From: Camelus dromedarius
Lineage: Eukaryota
Direction: 5' to 3'
DNA length: 64,000 bases
NCBI RefSeq assembly: GCF_036321535.1
Contig: NC_087436.1
Coordinates: 40,302,001-40,366,000 of the forward strand
Every line of letters begins with the position of its first letter. Positions within the stretch are counted from its first letter, which is position 1. Below the pieces are notes generated by a model. That model was not told the origin of the DNA. It ran no database searches and was given only the letters and a program-made list of their open reading frames with translations. Positions 52,148 through 64,000 of this stretch are shown here, piece by piece. The position numbers and the translations under genes were made by a program.

Positions 52148-52355
52148 CAGTGACTAATAGACTTATTCGCAAAAGGACAATTTAGTAAATATTTTAGGTG
52201 TTGCTGGCCACAATGTCTTAGTCACAACTACTCAACTCTGCCATTCCAGCAGGAAAGCAGCTATAGATGATACATAAACAAATGGGTTTGGCTGTTATTT
52301 ACAAAAACAGTGGTATGTACAATTTGGTCTGAGGGTCATAACTTGCCAAAGCTTG
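52148..52355 (+). mobile_element. MER58A-like hAT-Charlie non-autonomous DNA transposon
   Basis: AGTAAATATTTTAGG..CACAACTACTCAACTCTGCCATT..AAAGCAGC..TATTTACAAAAACAG. Decayed 8-bp TSD ATCTAAAC/ATCTACCA. Confidence 0.85.
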
Positions 52356-52449
52356 ATCTACCAGATGAATGTAATGTGAACCAAGGATTTTTTTTTCTGT
52401 TGTAAAACCACATGACCAAATTTGACATGTGTGATGTAAAATTTCATGT

Positions 52450-52680
52450 GCTCTAGACTTGCCCTCACTTGAGATCAAATCACAATTCTACCTCTTGCAA
52501 GATAGTTGACCTTTGGTAATTACTTTACTTCCTCTTCTTACTTTCACCTACAAATGGACATAATAGTAACATCTACCACACAGAGTTGCTATGAAAAGTA
52601 AATAATATAATGAATTTAAAGCAATTGAAAAATATCTGGCACATAGTCCATGCTCCACATATTAACTGCTACTGTATTAT
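52450..52680 (+). mobile_element. MIR
   Basis: AAATGGACATAATAGTAACATCTACC..AGAGTTGCTATGA...TCTGGCACATAGT. Confidence 0.75.
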
Positions 52681-53002
52681 CATTTTAATAGACATAGACT
52701 CATGATAGAAAGGATGTCACAAAATTAATTGCTAATGTTATGCAAACATACTTAGCATACTTTTCAGAATCAACTATGTAAGTAAATTACAATGTTAAGT
52801 ACAAACTAGAGAAAGATTTTCAATACTGAAAATCCTAAATATAACTCTAAAGGTGACCTGAACAACGCGTATGTTTCTTAAATTAAAAAGTAACTCACTA
52901 CAACAGCATTTTAATTACGTGAAACCTATGTTACTGGACATCTGGGTCAGTGTAGATGAGACAAAGGCATTAAGAAACACATATCTACATATGCCCAAAT
53001 CA

Positions 53003-53140
53003 ATTCCCTAGAGTCTTTGGAGGGATCACAGCCCTGCTGACACTTTGATTTTAGATTCTGACCTCCAGAATGGTAAGAAAATAAATTTCTGCTGTTGTAA
53101 ACCACCAATCTGTAGTAATTTGTCACAGCAAACAAATACA
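53003..53140 (+). mobile_element. MaLR LTR 3' part (MLT1C/D-like)
   Basis: CAGCCCTGCTGACACTTTGATTTTAGA..ACCTCCAGAA..AAATAAATTTCTG..AATTTGTCACAGCA..AATACA. Confidence 0.85.
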
Positions 53141-54263
53141 GTTTCTAAGCACCTTAAAAGCAGAATATATTCATTTCTAATAATCAATTAGTTGACATTT
53201 TTATCTTCTGGCTATATTATGGGTTTATTCTGAGTTCTGATAAAGCAAATGCATCCTTAGGAAAGACATACTGGGATTTCAGAAGGAAAAAATATTTAAA
53301 ATGTTGTCAGTGAAAACTACAGGAATTTAAGGAAGCCCAGATCTTATAAATCAAAGATTCTAAGATACATAGTTAGGTAGAGTGAACTACACATAAAACA
53401 AACAATTTTAGACAAAGAGCTGAAATTCTTATAAAACTAGAAAAATGTTAATTTAAGAGAATTAATAAATGTAAATCACTGTTTCCTGAAAAATGAAATA
53501 AGCCTGTCTCTGTAATTTAAATAATAATTTCAAAAGAGATACATTTTTGCTATTTGGTATTTTATGTTTACTATATGACTAAGATTTTTAACATAAAGGA
53601 AATTTAGTCTATATAATTGTAAATTTACAACAAATTATTTAGTGTATTTTTAGCAGTTTTAGATAACAATATTAAATCAGACTTGTTAGGTATTTAATTA
53701 TTTATACCATTCATATTTTTGCAATTAATATTTTTTAATCACCACTGAGTCCCATTTAATGTAAGAATAGATGCTTTTCAGTTGGAATAAGCTTTGGGGC
53801 GCTCCCAAAATTTCACAGCAGAATATTGTGCATTTTTACTCTAAAGTATAAGGCCTTAACTTCAGTCAATAACAAAATATTTGCAAGGATATAAGGCACT
53901 CATGTGATAATGTGACAATAAATTGGTTTCTTTTCATTTTATGCCAAAATTGTCACTGAGATCATTATTATTTGGAAGAAAGTCTGGACAGATTGCTGAT
54001 TAGCTTTTCTTTCAGATCTCTGGTTCTCAAGCGTTACTGTGCTTGTCATCTGTGAGCTGTGTTAATATTCAGTCTTTGTTCTCTGATTTAATAAAGGTTG
54101 AGGAGAAGGGGAACATTTATGGTTGCTCTCTTTTTTAAAATTTCCCTCTTGACCCATGGGGGGAAATTTATTCCTTTTCTATTTTTTTTAATTAAAAAAA
54201 TTTTTTTTAACTTAAGTACAATCAGTTACAATGTGTCAGTTTCTGGTGTACAGTACAACATCC

Positions 54264-54802
54264 TAAAAATATCAACTGAGTCCAACTGTTTAATTGTGTC
54301 ATTTAGTATCTCCATCACCTTATTGATTGTCTGTCTGGAAGACCTGTTCAACGGTTAATGGGGTGTTAAAGTCTCCTACTATGATTGTGTTCCCATAAAT
54401 TTCTCCCTTTATGTCTGTTAGTATTTGCTTTATGAATTTAGGTGCTCCTGTATTGGGTGTATATATGTTAAAAAGAGAAATAACCTCATTTTTTGTTGCT
54501 CCTTTAATCATTATATACTGCCTTTTTTTATCTTTCTTAATGGCCTTTGTTTTAAAGTCTGTTTTGTCTGAAATCAGAATTGCTACTCCTGCTTTCTTGT
54601 TGTTTCCATTTGCATGAAATACCTTTTTCCATCCTCTCACTTTCAATCTATGTGTGTCCTTCTCCCTAAAGTGGGTATCTTGTATGCAGCATATTGAGGG
54701 TTCTTATTCTATTATCTAATCTGCCACTCTGTGTCTTTTGACTGGAGCATTTAGTTCATTGACATTTACAGTAATTATTGATAGATGTGTGTTTCCTGCC
54801 AT
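54264..54802 (-). pseudogene. L1 ORF2p endonuclease domain, disrupted and truncated
   Basis: ATG at 54802: MAGNTHLSIITVNVNELNAPVKRHRVAD*. ORF 54320-54646 has KAGVAILISDK..IYTPNTGAP..IIVGDFNTPL. Ends at VDIFR. Confidence 0.92.
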
Positions 54803-55197
54803 TTGAACTTAGTTTTCCAGTTGATTTAGTATTTCCTCTTTGTTCCTTTTTCTTTTTCTTTTTATGATTTGATAATTTTCTTTCATATTGTCTTGGTTTC
54901 TTTTTGGGTTTTGTGACTCTACGTTATGCTTTTAATTTGGGGTTACCCTGTTTTTCAAGTATATTAACCCATAACTATAGCTATTTGCTTTAAATTGATA
55001 TTCATATAAGCTCAAACACATCCTAAACAGAACCAAAAAAAAAGAAAAAATTCTGTATTTTTTGCTCCCCTCTCCCACTTTTAATGATTTTGATGTCCTC
55101 TTTTACATCTTCATGTTTATTCTGTTGCCACTCATTGTAGTTATCACCTTTCCAATTATGGTTTTCTCCTTTCTATAGTGTCCTGTTTCTTTTCTAT

Positions 55198-56085
55198 TTA
55201 GAGTAGACTTTTCAATATTTCTTTTAGCATAGGTTTATTATTGCTGAATTCTTTCAGTTTTGCTTGTCTCTGAAATTCTTTATCTCTCCTTCTACTCTAA
55301 AGGATAGTCTTGCTGAATAGAGTATTCTAGGCTGCAACTTTTTCTCATTCAGGGCTTTGAATATATCTTGCCACTCCCTTCTGGCCTGCAATGTCTGTGT
55401 TGAGAAATCAGCTAAAAGCGTTATGGGGGTTCCCTTGTAACTAATTCTTCGTTTTTCTGTTGCTGCCTTTAGAATCCTTTCTTTATTTTTGACCTTGGCC
55501 ATCTTAATTATCATATGTCTTGGTGTAGGTCTGTTTGGGTTCTTCCTGTTGGGGACCTCCTATGCTTCCTGTACTTGGATATCTGATTCCTTCTTTAGGT
55601 TTGGGGAGTTTTTAGTCATGATTGCTTCAAATACCTTTTCTATCTCCTTTGCTCTTTCTTCTCCTTCTGGGACCCCTATTATGCATAGGTTGGCACGCTT
55701 TATATTATCCCATAGGTCCCTTATATTGCTTTCATTGGTTCTTACTTTCTTTTCTATCTGTGACTACTCTTATATTGTCTTCTAAGTCACTTATTCATTC
55801 CTCTGCATTATCTAGTCTGACATTGTCTAGTTTTGACTTCCTTTAGCTCAACTCTTATCTCAGTCATTGAGTTGTCTGTTTTTAATTGGCTCCTCTTTAT
55901 AGTTTCAATTTGCTTTTTATAGTGTTCTCTGTCTCTATTCATAGTCTCTTTTATTTCCTTCAGTGCTTTAGTAACCTCCCTTGTGAAGTCATGATCTAGT
56001 AACTATCGAGGTCTATTTCATTGATTGTTCTTTCAGGGGATTTTTCTTGTTCTTTTAATTGGGAGTAGTTCCTCAGCTTCTTCCT
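55198..56085 (-). pseudogene. L1 ORF1p, disrupted
   Basis: Probable start codon reads AGG (then KKLRNYSQLKEQEKSPE). ORF 55254-55514 has KERILKAA..YKGTPI.L.ADFS..TLQARREW. Ends KEILKSLL* with TAA at 55198-55200. Confidence 0.9.
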
Positions 56086-56609
56086 TTTACTTATATCTCT
56101 CTGGCTCTATGGATTATGGAGTAGCAGTTATCTACTGTGGTCTCGAACGGATTTTTTTGTTGTTCGTTTTATAAAGAAGATGTGCTCTTGTGTAGACGGT
56201 GCACCTCTAGTAATTTTGTTGCAAGGTCTGTTTTTATTATGGATGGCTGCCATGTCTTTCTTCTGTGTGTGTTGGCTGGTATCCCTTTGACTGGGGGTGT
56301 GGCCGGTGTTGTGGTGATGAGAGCCTGCCCTGGTTGTTGAGTGGGGCCTCTTTTTTGTTCTGTGGTTGTCATAGACCTGACAGGGACCAGTTCTGCTCCC
56401 CTTTTGTTGGAATGGAGGCTTCCAGACCCATTTCTGAGCTGTGGTGTGTGGTAGGTGGGTTTGGAGCACATTAAGTCCTCTTTTGTTGACCCTGTCCTTG
56501 TCCCTGCTTTAGCCACAGGAATGTCACTGCACTGCTCTGGTGTCCCCCAGGTTCTCTGCCCTCAGAGCTACCAGTGCAGTTTTGCTGACTTCTGGGTCAC
56601 GTACCTGAT

Positions 56610-57430
56610 CTTGGTACACTCTCCAGTCAGCGCCGTTCCCAGCACCAAACGCCGGCCCTGCACTCTCCCCGCTGTGTGAACTCTGCTCATTCATCTTAGT
56701 CCTGCGCCGGTAGGGCCCCCGGCCCCCAGCCCCCAGCGGCTGCGCCCTCGCGATACCGCGTCAGCGCCGACCGCGGGCCCTGCACACACCCTCCTGCGTG
56801 AACTCCGCTCGTTCGTCACGGAGGTCCGCAGGTCAGGACACAGGGTCGGCGCCGTCCCCAGCGCGCGTCCACGCACGGTAAGTGGGCTCCCAAAAGACGG
56901 CTGCACAAGGCCTGGTCCCAGCTGTGCAGCAGAACTCCTCTCCTTTCTCGTTTGTCTTAGAGGCACAGGCACACAAAGGCACCCCTGGAGCAAAATAGTC
57001 CCCTCTGCCTGGGGCTGTAAACAAATCTCAGTCCTGCCTGTAAAAAGTTGTGGAGCCCCTGGGTATGGATTCAGGTTTCAACCCCACCTCCGCCTCAGAG
57101 CCCAGCGGCGCACCAGAAAATATGGTGGCTGTGGCCGAGCCCCACCTCTCTTCTCCAGAGAAGCGCCGGCGACCGTGCCGCGGGTCTGAGGAGACAAAGG
57201 CTACGGCCCATCCGCATTGCGCCCCTCCCCTCAACCAGCAGTGTGGGTTTCCTTCTTTTTCTTTTTTTCTTTCAATGGGGGACCCAGGGTGTTCTGTTCT
57301 GTATAAACTCCCAGCCACAGCGCACAGCACACACCAGTTGCCTGAGGCTGCCTCTGCGCCGTCAGCCCACAGCCTTCCGCCGGCCCCTCTCAGGCAGCCA
57401 GTCCCAGCCCACACCCCGCCTGCTCGCGCC
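56610..57430. promoter_or_regulatory. CpG island within the L1 5' UTR (internal promoter region)
   Basis: The only strongly GC/CpG-rich stretch in the window. Confidence 0.7.
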
Positions 57431-59620
57431 TAGGGCTGAGGACCACAGGGACCCTTTGTAGCCGTTTCACTTAGTTCTGTTGGCGGAGGGCTGCTGTACA
57501 CAGATCCAAGCCTCGGAGGATCCCCCTCCCCAACCCCCATCCCCTCTGACCTCTGGGGGAGGCCCAGCATATGAGTCCTGTTTCTCCTTTGCTGCTCCCT
57601 TCCCGTGGGACAGGTCCCACACTAGTTTCGTTTTTCTTCTTTTTTTGGTCTTACCAGATTTTCTTTCGGAGAAGGTGATATTCTGTCAAAGTTCAGCAGG
57701 TGTTCTGAGTGAACGGGTTGGTCCGTGGATGTCTCTCAGTGTACTTGTGCGAGAGGGTGAACTAGTGGGAGAGGGTGAACTACGACTGTCCTCCTTCTCC
57801 GCCATCTTCGCTGCTTCCTAGTCCTCTGTTTATCCTCATTCTCTTGTTTCTGCCTTGCTCTGTGGCCAATCATCCAACACCAGCTGCTCTAGATTGTCTA
57901 ATTGAAGGTTTCTAAGATGCTGAGAAGCCCAGGTTTTATTTATTAATGATGTTAACATTTCATAGTTAAGAACCAAAGTCTACCTATCCTTTTTTTTTTT
58001 TTATAACCTATTTAGATTGTGTTCAGAGGATCTTCTTTCTTTTTTATCTCCAGATTATAATACCATTCTGGGTACCACTTTTCAGAGGTGAGCTCAAGCA
58101 CATCTGGTAGGTCCACATAGTAGATCTGCCCTTGGGGAGCTGGGAGTAGAGTAGTTTCTGTGAGAGGTTTGTCTGGCCATTGATTTGGCTATATTGGAGA
58201 TTTATTTTCCTGCATCTGTTTCTTCCCAAGACTGGAGCAGAAATGAAATGTAGTATTTGCAACTTAAAACTCAACACTCTAACTTGAGCATCTTTAAGAG
58301 TTTTATGGTATTACTGAAATAAATATTCAAATGTAGAATATTAGTTCAAAATATGATCTAAAAATACTTACTATTTTAGTTAACAGTCTGTGTGTGTATC
58401 TGTCCGATAAACCACGATAAAAAAAATTACTCATGAATTTTTCTAGTGGGAAAGTTTATATCTCCAGAGAGACTTATACACAGATTTTTATTAAAGCATT
58501 GATATTATGTGACAGATTAGCTTACATTTTGCTCTGTTTTCTATGAAACAAAGTTAAATATTATTCTCAATTTCAGTAACAAACGTCTGCCAAGTTACAG
58601 AGAGAAATTCCTCTACTCTTTCTAAATGTTTCTTGGAATACCTTTTCACGGCGCAGTTATCAGCAAGCTCCTAAGTGCTGCTGAGACTGCCTGGAAACAT
58701 CCAACAGCCTCATTATTCGGTGCCACTGCAAGTCCTAGGGTCTCAATCCCAACCGGACCCTAAACTCCACCTTGCAGTCTTTCTGGTCAGAACTCTTTCC
58801 CATTTCTTTATCAAATTGGTTTCAATTTTTTTTTTCCATTCACATCAAATTGCCTAGTTCTCAACAGAAAAGCTCAATTCCTACATTTCAGAGAGACCAT
58901 TAGGCAGAACCTCCTAAACTCCATATATAAGAAATCTGCTTCCACAACTGTTCTTACCTTCTTGTTCTCTGTACCAAAGGAAAAGAGCTTTCTTCTGTTT
59001 TATATGAGTCTCAGTGCCCTTGTCAAGATCACATGTGCTCCTGGCTCCACACAGATGTTGTTCCATCAGTTACTCCTTCTGATTCTCCACCTTCATTTTC
59101 TCTCTAGCGCTTTCCTAGCAGCAATTTTGTTTAGCCTTTTAAAATTTATGCTATTTATTAACTATAATACACTTTTTACTATAAAATAGCTGTAGGAAAA
59201 AAATCGCTGAAATGTCCACAATCTAGAGAATACAATAATTAACGTATTTTATTTTGAGAAACAGAGTTAATTGAGTCCAAACGACCCAAATAGGTGAAAC
59301 CTAGAGATCCAAAAAGACAGCAAGGGTGACTAATGGTGGCATCATCAGGAGTCACATTTATGTAATGATTAAGTCAGGAAAGGAACAAAGGGAAACTCCG
59401 GAAGAAGTTTGAGTGTCAAAATGTAGGTCAAGACAAAATATGTGAGTACAAAAACAAAAACCCTATCACTCTAAGGTCAGAAATCAGTAATAGGAAAAGT
59501 AGAATAAGAATTGTGGGTTTGATAAAGTCTGGATTTTGTCTCAATTCTACTCTTTTTCCCATCAATATACGATCAGTGCCTAGATTAGAGGCTGACATAT
59601 AATATGTTCAGTATATATGA

Positions 59621-59812
59621 TTTAACTGAGTTACCAAGATAGCAATGTGTCAATTTCTGGTGTACAGCATGTTTCAGTCATACATATACTTACATATATT
59701 TGTTTTCTGATTCTCTTTCATTATAGGTTACTACAAGATATTGAATATAATTCCCTGTGCTATGCAGAAGAACTTTGTTTTTTAGTCTATTTTTATACAT
59801 AGTGGCTAGCAT
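59621..59812 (-). mobile_element. 5'-truncated camelid-type LINE-1 tail (~190 bp)
   Basis: CAATTTCTGGTGTACAGCAT..GGTTACTACAAGATATTGAATATA..CCCTGTGCTAT, shared with the copies at 37007 and 40245. Confidence 0.9.
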
Positions 59813-62800
59813 GTCATATTTTTCATTGGTCAAAAAAATATAGATGATCAGCATATTTGAAATGTTGAACATTCTAGTAACTTGGATAGAGAGATTTGTG
59901 GAGAATTTTTTCAGACTTTTTATAAAATTTAGAAAATAATAATAATTACTATTTTGCCAATGCAGATATTTTCTTAAATAGATAAAAATGAGACTAAGTT
60001 GAAGTGTTATTTCTTTATGATTATTATAAAGAGAGATCAATATTTATCAATATGGCAACAAGTATCATCTTATTGACTACTTATCTCACTGTTCATAATG
60101 TGTTAGATGATTCTTGGTCCCTTCATGTGTGATAACTAAATCAAAGCTTCCTCTCCACTATTCCTTCCTTGCTTTTGATTTGAAATATAAATATAAAGAG
60201 CAAGAGAGGAAAGTTAAAGAGAGAGTTGGTTCAATCAGAACGGCTGAAGAAACAAGGGTACAGAATAACACAAATAGGAGTAAGGAGTAACAAGGAAAAC
60301 TGGTTCAAGTAGATGTTAGTCTATATTATCCTTTTTTCATCTCTATATTAGTATATGTATTAAATAATAGAGTAAGAAAAAATTTATCGTTTATCATTCA
60401 TGATTTTAAGGTTTTTATGCATTATGTGTGAGACATTATTTATCAAGAGTAAAATGACAACAATGAAACTATATTATAATTTTCTTTTATGTCATCAAAT
60501 TAGAAATATGCCTTGGTGAGGATCACATTTTAACTTTTTAGAGATGTTAACGTGAACAGAGAAAATTGGCTGGATGCTTAAAACCTTAAATCATCTTTTT
60601 CTAACTGTGTCTAAATGTCTAAACAGGAAACCATTATGGCAGGAAGCACTGTAAACTGTTTCACTTATTTGGAGAACTGCCCAAACTCTCATTTAGACAA
60701 TTAATTCACTCCCAAGAGCTGTTATACTGAAGGAAATATTATAAAACTAAGCAGATTAATATGGTTTTAGTGAAATGTTGAATTTTCTTTTGTATAATGA
60801 TAAATGCATAAGTTCCCTTGAGTTGATTCCAATAGTTTGGTGTAATAATTTAAGAACAAATGCTACAGCAATCTGAAAAAAATGAAAATCATTAATAAAT
60901 TTAAATTTTAGTAAGTACAGTTGATAAATCTGGGTGTTAGAAGATTCTGAGTTAGGGTACATCTCGGGCATCTATTTTAATGTCTTTTTTTAGTTATAAC
61001 GTTCATAATGTCTGCTAAAACATACTCCTTATTTATTGTTCTATAATTCAGAAAATTGTCATACTTCTAAGTATTGCTCAATCAGAAGATGGGCAGACTC
61101 TGTTCTGAAAGTGATGACTAGGGATGATTGATGTGTGAGGCAGAGAGCGCTCTAAGAGATCCTTGGGCAAAGCTGGCCAACCCTTATGTAGATACACAGT
61201 GGGGATAGTTGGGCACTGCAGAAGGGAGATCAAGCTTGTAGGTTTCCCAACAGAAAGTGATCTGAATATAGTTTGGGTTTTGACTAATGTGAGAAAGCCT
61301 TCCCTTGAACTACCATAAATCTGTGTTTACTTTCTAGTACATTGTTGAATATAAAACTGACAATTGAGACAAGCTAGGGCTTGTTAAACCTAGAAACATA
61401 AACCTTCAATAAATTTTTTTTATAAATATAAATATGTCGCATATATATGCAATATATAATCATATATAGGATTAATGGTCAAATAGCAAGATTCAAAAAG
61501 TGATTTAAGACCTACTTTGTCAGAAATAAATTCACTTGAAAGCACTTTTACTTTCTCAGACAGAACTGACAAGCTGTTTTTGTCAGAAGATTAACAGAAA
61601 CAAAAATGAAAGGTTTACCCAGATCTGATATGAATCGTGTATTATTTTGCAATTCAAAATTTTGCTAAGCTGTGCTTTGTGATTAAGTTTTGGAGTGAAG
61701 TTTTTTTCCATTGTCTTGACTGTAAGGCCATGCAGCTGTCTCATTGTCCAATAAAATTGCATGTACATTAACTGTCTTTCAGCTGACAATGTGTGAATCC
61801 TGGCTAAGCAGTATGGGCTGTATTCTTAATGGAAAATACATGATTTTTAGTAAAGAAATCTTTCTTTATTATATGAAACACAATTTGAGAATATTTAGAT
61901 AAGATTTTTCTTAGATATTTATAGGTGTACCCTATCTTAAGTTGCTTTCTTGACCTGTTTTTGTGCTTGTTTTTAGATTGAACTTATTTTTGAAAAATCA
62001 ACAATTATTACAACTGGAATGGGAATTCCCTACAGAGTTACATTGTGCAGAGAATAAGTAGTGCCATTAACAAGTCAAACTCTGAGCCCAGTGATTCACG
62101 TGTTAATCAGGTTAGATTTATTGCTTATTTATCAATTGATCTGAACTTAGAGTCTGAGCTGCAAGAGTCTGACCATTGTAAGAATTCAGAAAAGTAAATA
62201 GATTTCAAAAAATTAATCCAAACATTTGAGGAACAGCTAGTTATTGTCTCTAGAGATAGATGTTCCAAGCAGTCTCTTAGTGGTTGCTCAGCTCAGACAT
62301 GTTAACATCTCTAAGCTTCCTCCTTCCCAACAAGATAGAATCTGGAGGGCTAAAATAGATCACCTCTGTAAACGTCTTAGCATATTGTCTGATATATAAA
62401 AGAAGTGTATTACATTAAATGATAATTATTTAAATGATTACATATTGTCTTTCAGACTTAGGATCCATCCACTTTCTATTGTTTTTTCCATTTGGTGAAA
62501 TTGCTGTATTCTGAAGAGTTTGTTTGTTTCATTTTTATTTCTCACCATGCCTTCATTAGATAGAGATCATCACAATTATTTTCCTTCTCATTATATATAT
62601 TATTCTTGTTGAATTTATTAATCCAACAGGTATGTAATTGAACTCCTATGTACAAGAAATTACACCACTGAGATGGTGTAATTATGGAATAAAACTATTA
62701 CTATCATATAATCTCTGTTGCAAGTCCATTGCCAAACATTGACCCAAATAACAGTTAAATACTGCATTTATTTAGTAATGGAGACCTGCATATATTCCTC

Positions 62801-63319
62801 TCTTCAGGGCTGCTCATTCACATTTTTCTTATTCACTCACACATCAAACTGCATTTGAGGGTCCACTATGTATATAATATTGTGGAAGGTAATTTATAGT
62901 TATAAGTAAGGTACACACCTAAAGAATTTATACAAAAAGTTATTTAGAGACTGAAACTTGGCTTAAAAAAAACTTAGAATGAATATAGAATGAAGTCAGA
63001 AACTTATGACCTTATAATTAAAGAATACTCAATCCAGTTAAATAGCATTTGCTTAGAAACATTTTTTTCATAATCAACCTCGCAATTGTCCTTCCTGTGC
63101 CAGGCACAAGCACTAACAAAATACAATTTAAAATACAATAGCATGAAAACTATAAATTGTCTGGAAATAAATCTAAGAAAAGTTATATAGGACTTCTTTA
63201 TATAATAGTACATAATATACATGTATATGTATATAAGTGTATTATATGTACATAATACTATTGAGAGAAATTAAGAAAGATGTAAGGAAATGGAGGGGTA
63301 TCTATTGGTTGTGATTGCC

Positions 63320-64000
63320 AAAGGGGTCAGTGCCAATAGCAAACAGAAGTGCAAAGTTAGAGCCCTGGAATACATCAATGTTTAGAGACCATGGGAAAGA
63401 AGACAAACCATTATTTGAAACTGACTAGGAGAAGCCAAAGAAGTAGTAATAAAGTAAGGTTAAATATGATATTATGAAAGCCAGTTGAGTGTTTCTAGAG
63501 CAAGAGATTGATTATCCTTACCAAGTGCTGCTGCTAAGTCTAGTGAGATGAGTCCTCAGTACCCACCCTTAGAACATAGGTCTATTTTTATGTGGTGGAT
63601 TTCCACATGGAAGTAACTCATAACCTTAAAAAAAAAAAAAACAGATCAGTGACATTTGGAGTGTTCAAAAGAGAATGGAAGTTTTGCTCTAGAAGGAGGA
63701 AGAAAAACTGGGTGGCAGCCTGAGAGAGAGAAGGTTGTCATGAGAACTTTTTAAACATATGTATATTGATGGGAAACTTTCAGTAAGAGGAATGGATGAT
63801 AATGCATAAAAAAAAAATAGACATTTGTTAAAACAATATCCCTGAGTAGGAGATAAGTCATGTGATCTAGTTCAAAACTGGAGAAATGTGTCTTAGCCAG
63901 TGATGTGGATAGTGTTTCCAGAGTAAGAGTAAAGAAAATAATCTCTGTGGCAGACATGCATGGACGCATACATCTGTGTGACTGTGGCATTGGATGGTCT
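63320..64000 (-). mobile_element. LINE-2 internal fragment
   Basis: AGAGCCCTGGAATACATCAATGTTTAGAG, ACTGACTAGGAG and GTGCTGCTG..AAGTCTAGTGAGATGAG blocks. Confidence 0.65.

Larger units (their letters stand above)
54181..57826 (-). mobile_element. Internally deleted LINE-1: full 5' UTR, ORF1, spacer, partial endonuclease, 3' tail
   Basis: YY1-type GAAGATGGCGG at the 5' end (57799-57809); CpG-rich UTR; ORF1 and ORF2 remnants; 54200-54262 matches the tail seen at 37007-37060; T-rich end. Confidence 0.92.

Noticed and set aside
56128..57821. Cluster of 100-137 aa ORFs as host genes
   Set aside because: They overlap in several frames inside the GC-rich L1 5' UTR, where stop codons are scarce.
1..64000. 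CRISPR array, prokaryotic defence operon or non-retroviral endogenous virus
   Set aside because: No regularly spaced repeats, no long ORFs and no viral motifs I recognise. A highly decayed viral fragment cannot be excluded without BLASTX.

Overview
This is AT-rich, CpG-depleted mammalian genomic DNA, very likely from a camelid, based on a Vic-1-type tRNA-derived SINE and artiodactyl/camelid-style LINE-1 3' ends. It is not prokaryotic: I see no operons, CRISPR arrays, rRNA or tRNA genes, and no complete protein-coding gene. Most recognisable sequence is transposon fossil. That includes a decayed class I ERV gag-pro-pol segment, a hAT transposase remnant split by an unidentified CpG-retaining ~1 kb insert, about ten solo LTRs, many LINE-1 pieces, L2, MIR, MER58 and microsatellites. 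The listed ORFs are LINE-1 or transposase remnants or chance ORFs. The most notable items are: (i) a 3.6 kb LINE-1 with a full CpG-rich 5' UTR, ORF1 and most of the endonuclease joined directly to the last ~60 nt of the 3' tail; (ii) an 855 bp chimeric LTR bounded by one 4-bp TSD inside a MIR, next to a MER41-like LTR; (iii) several phase-compatible candidate exons of an unidentified minus-strand transcript. Family names were recalled by eye from consensus features, not searched. Boundaries are approximate unless termini or TSDs are quoted.
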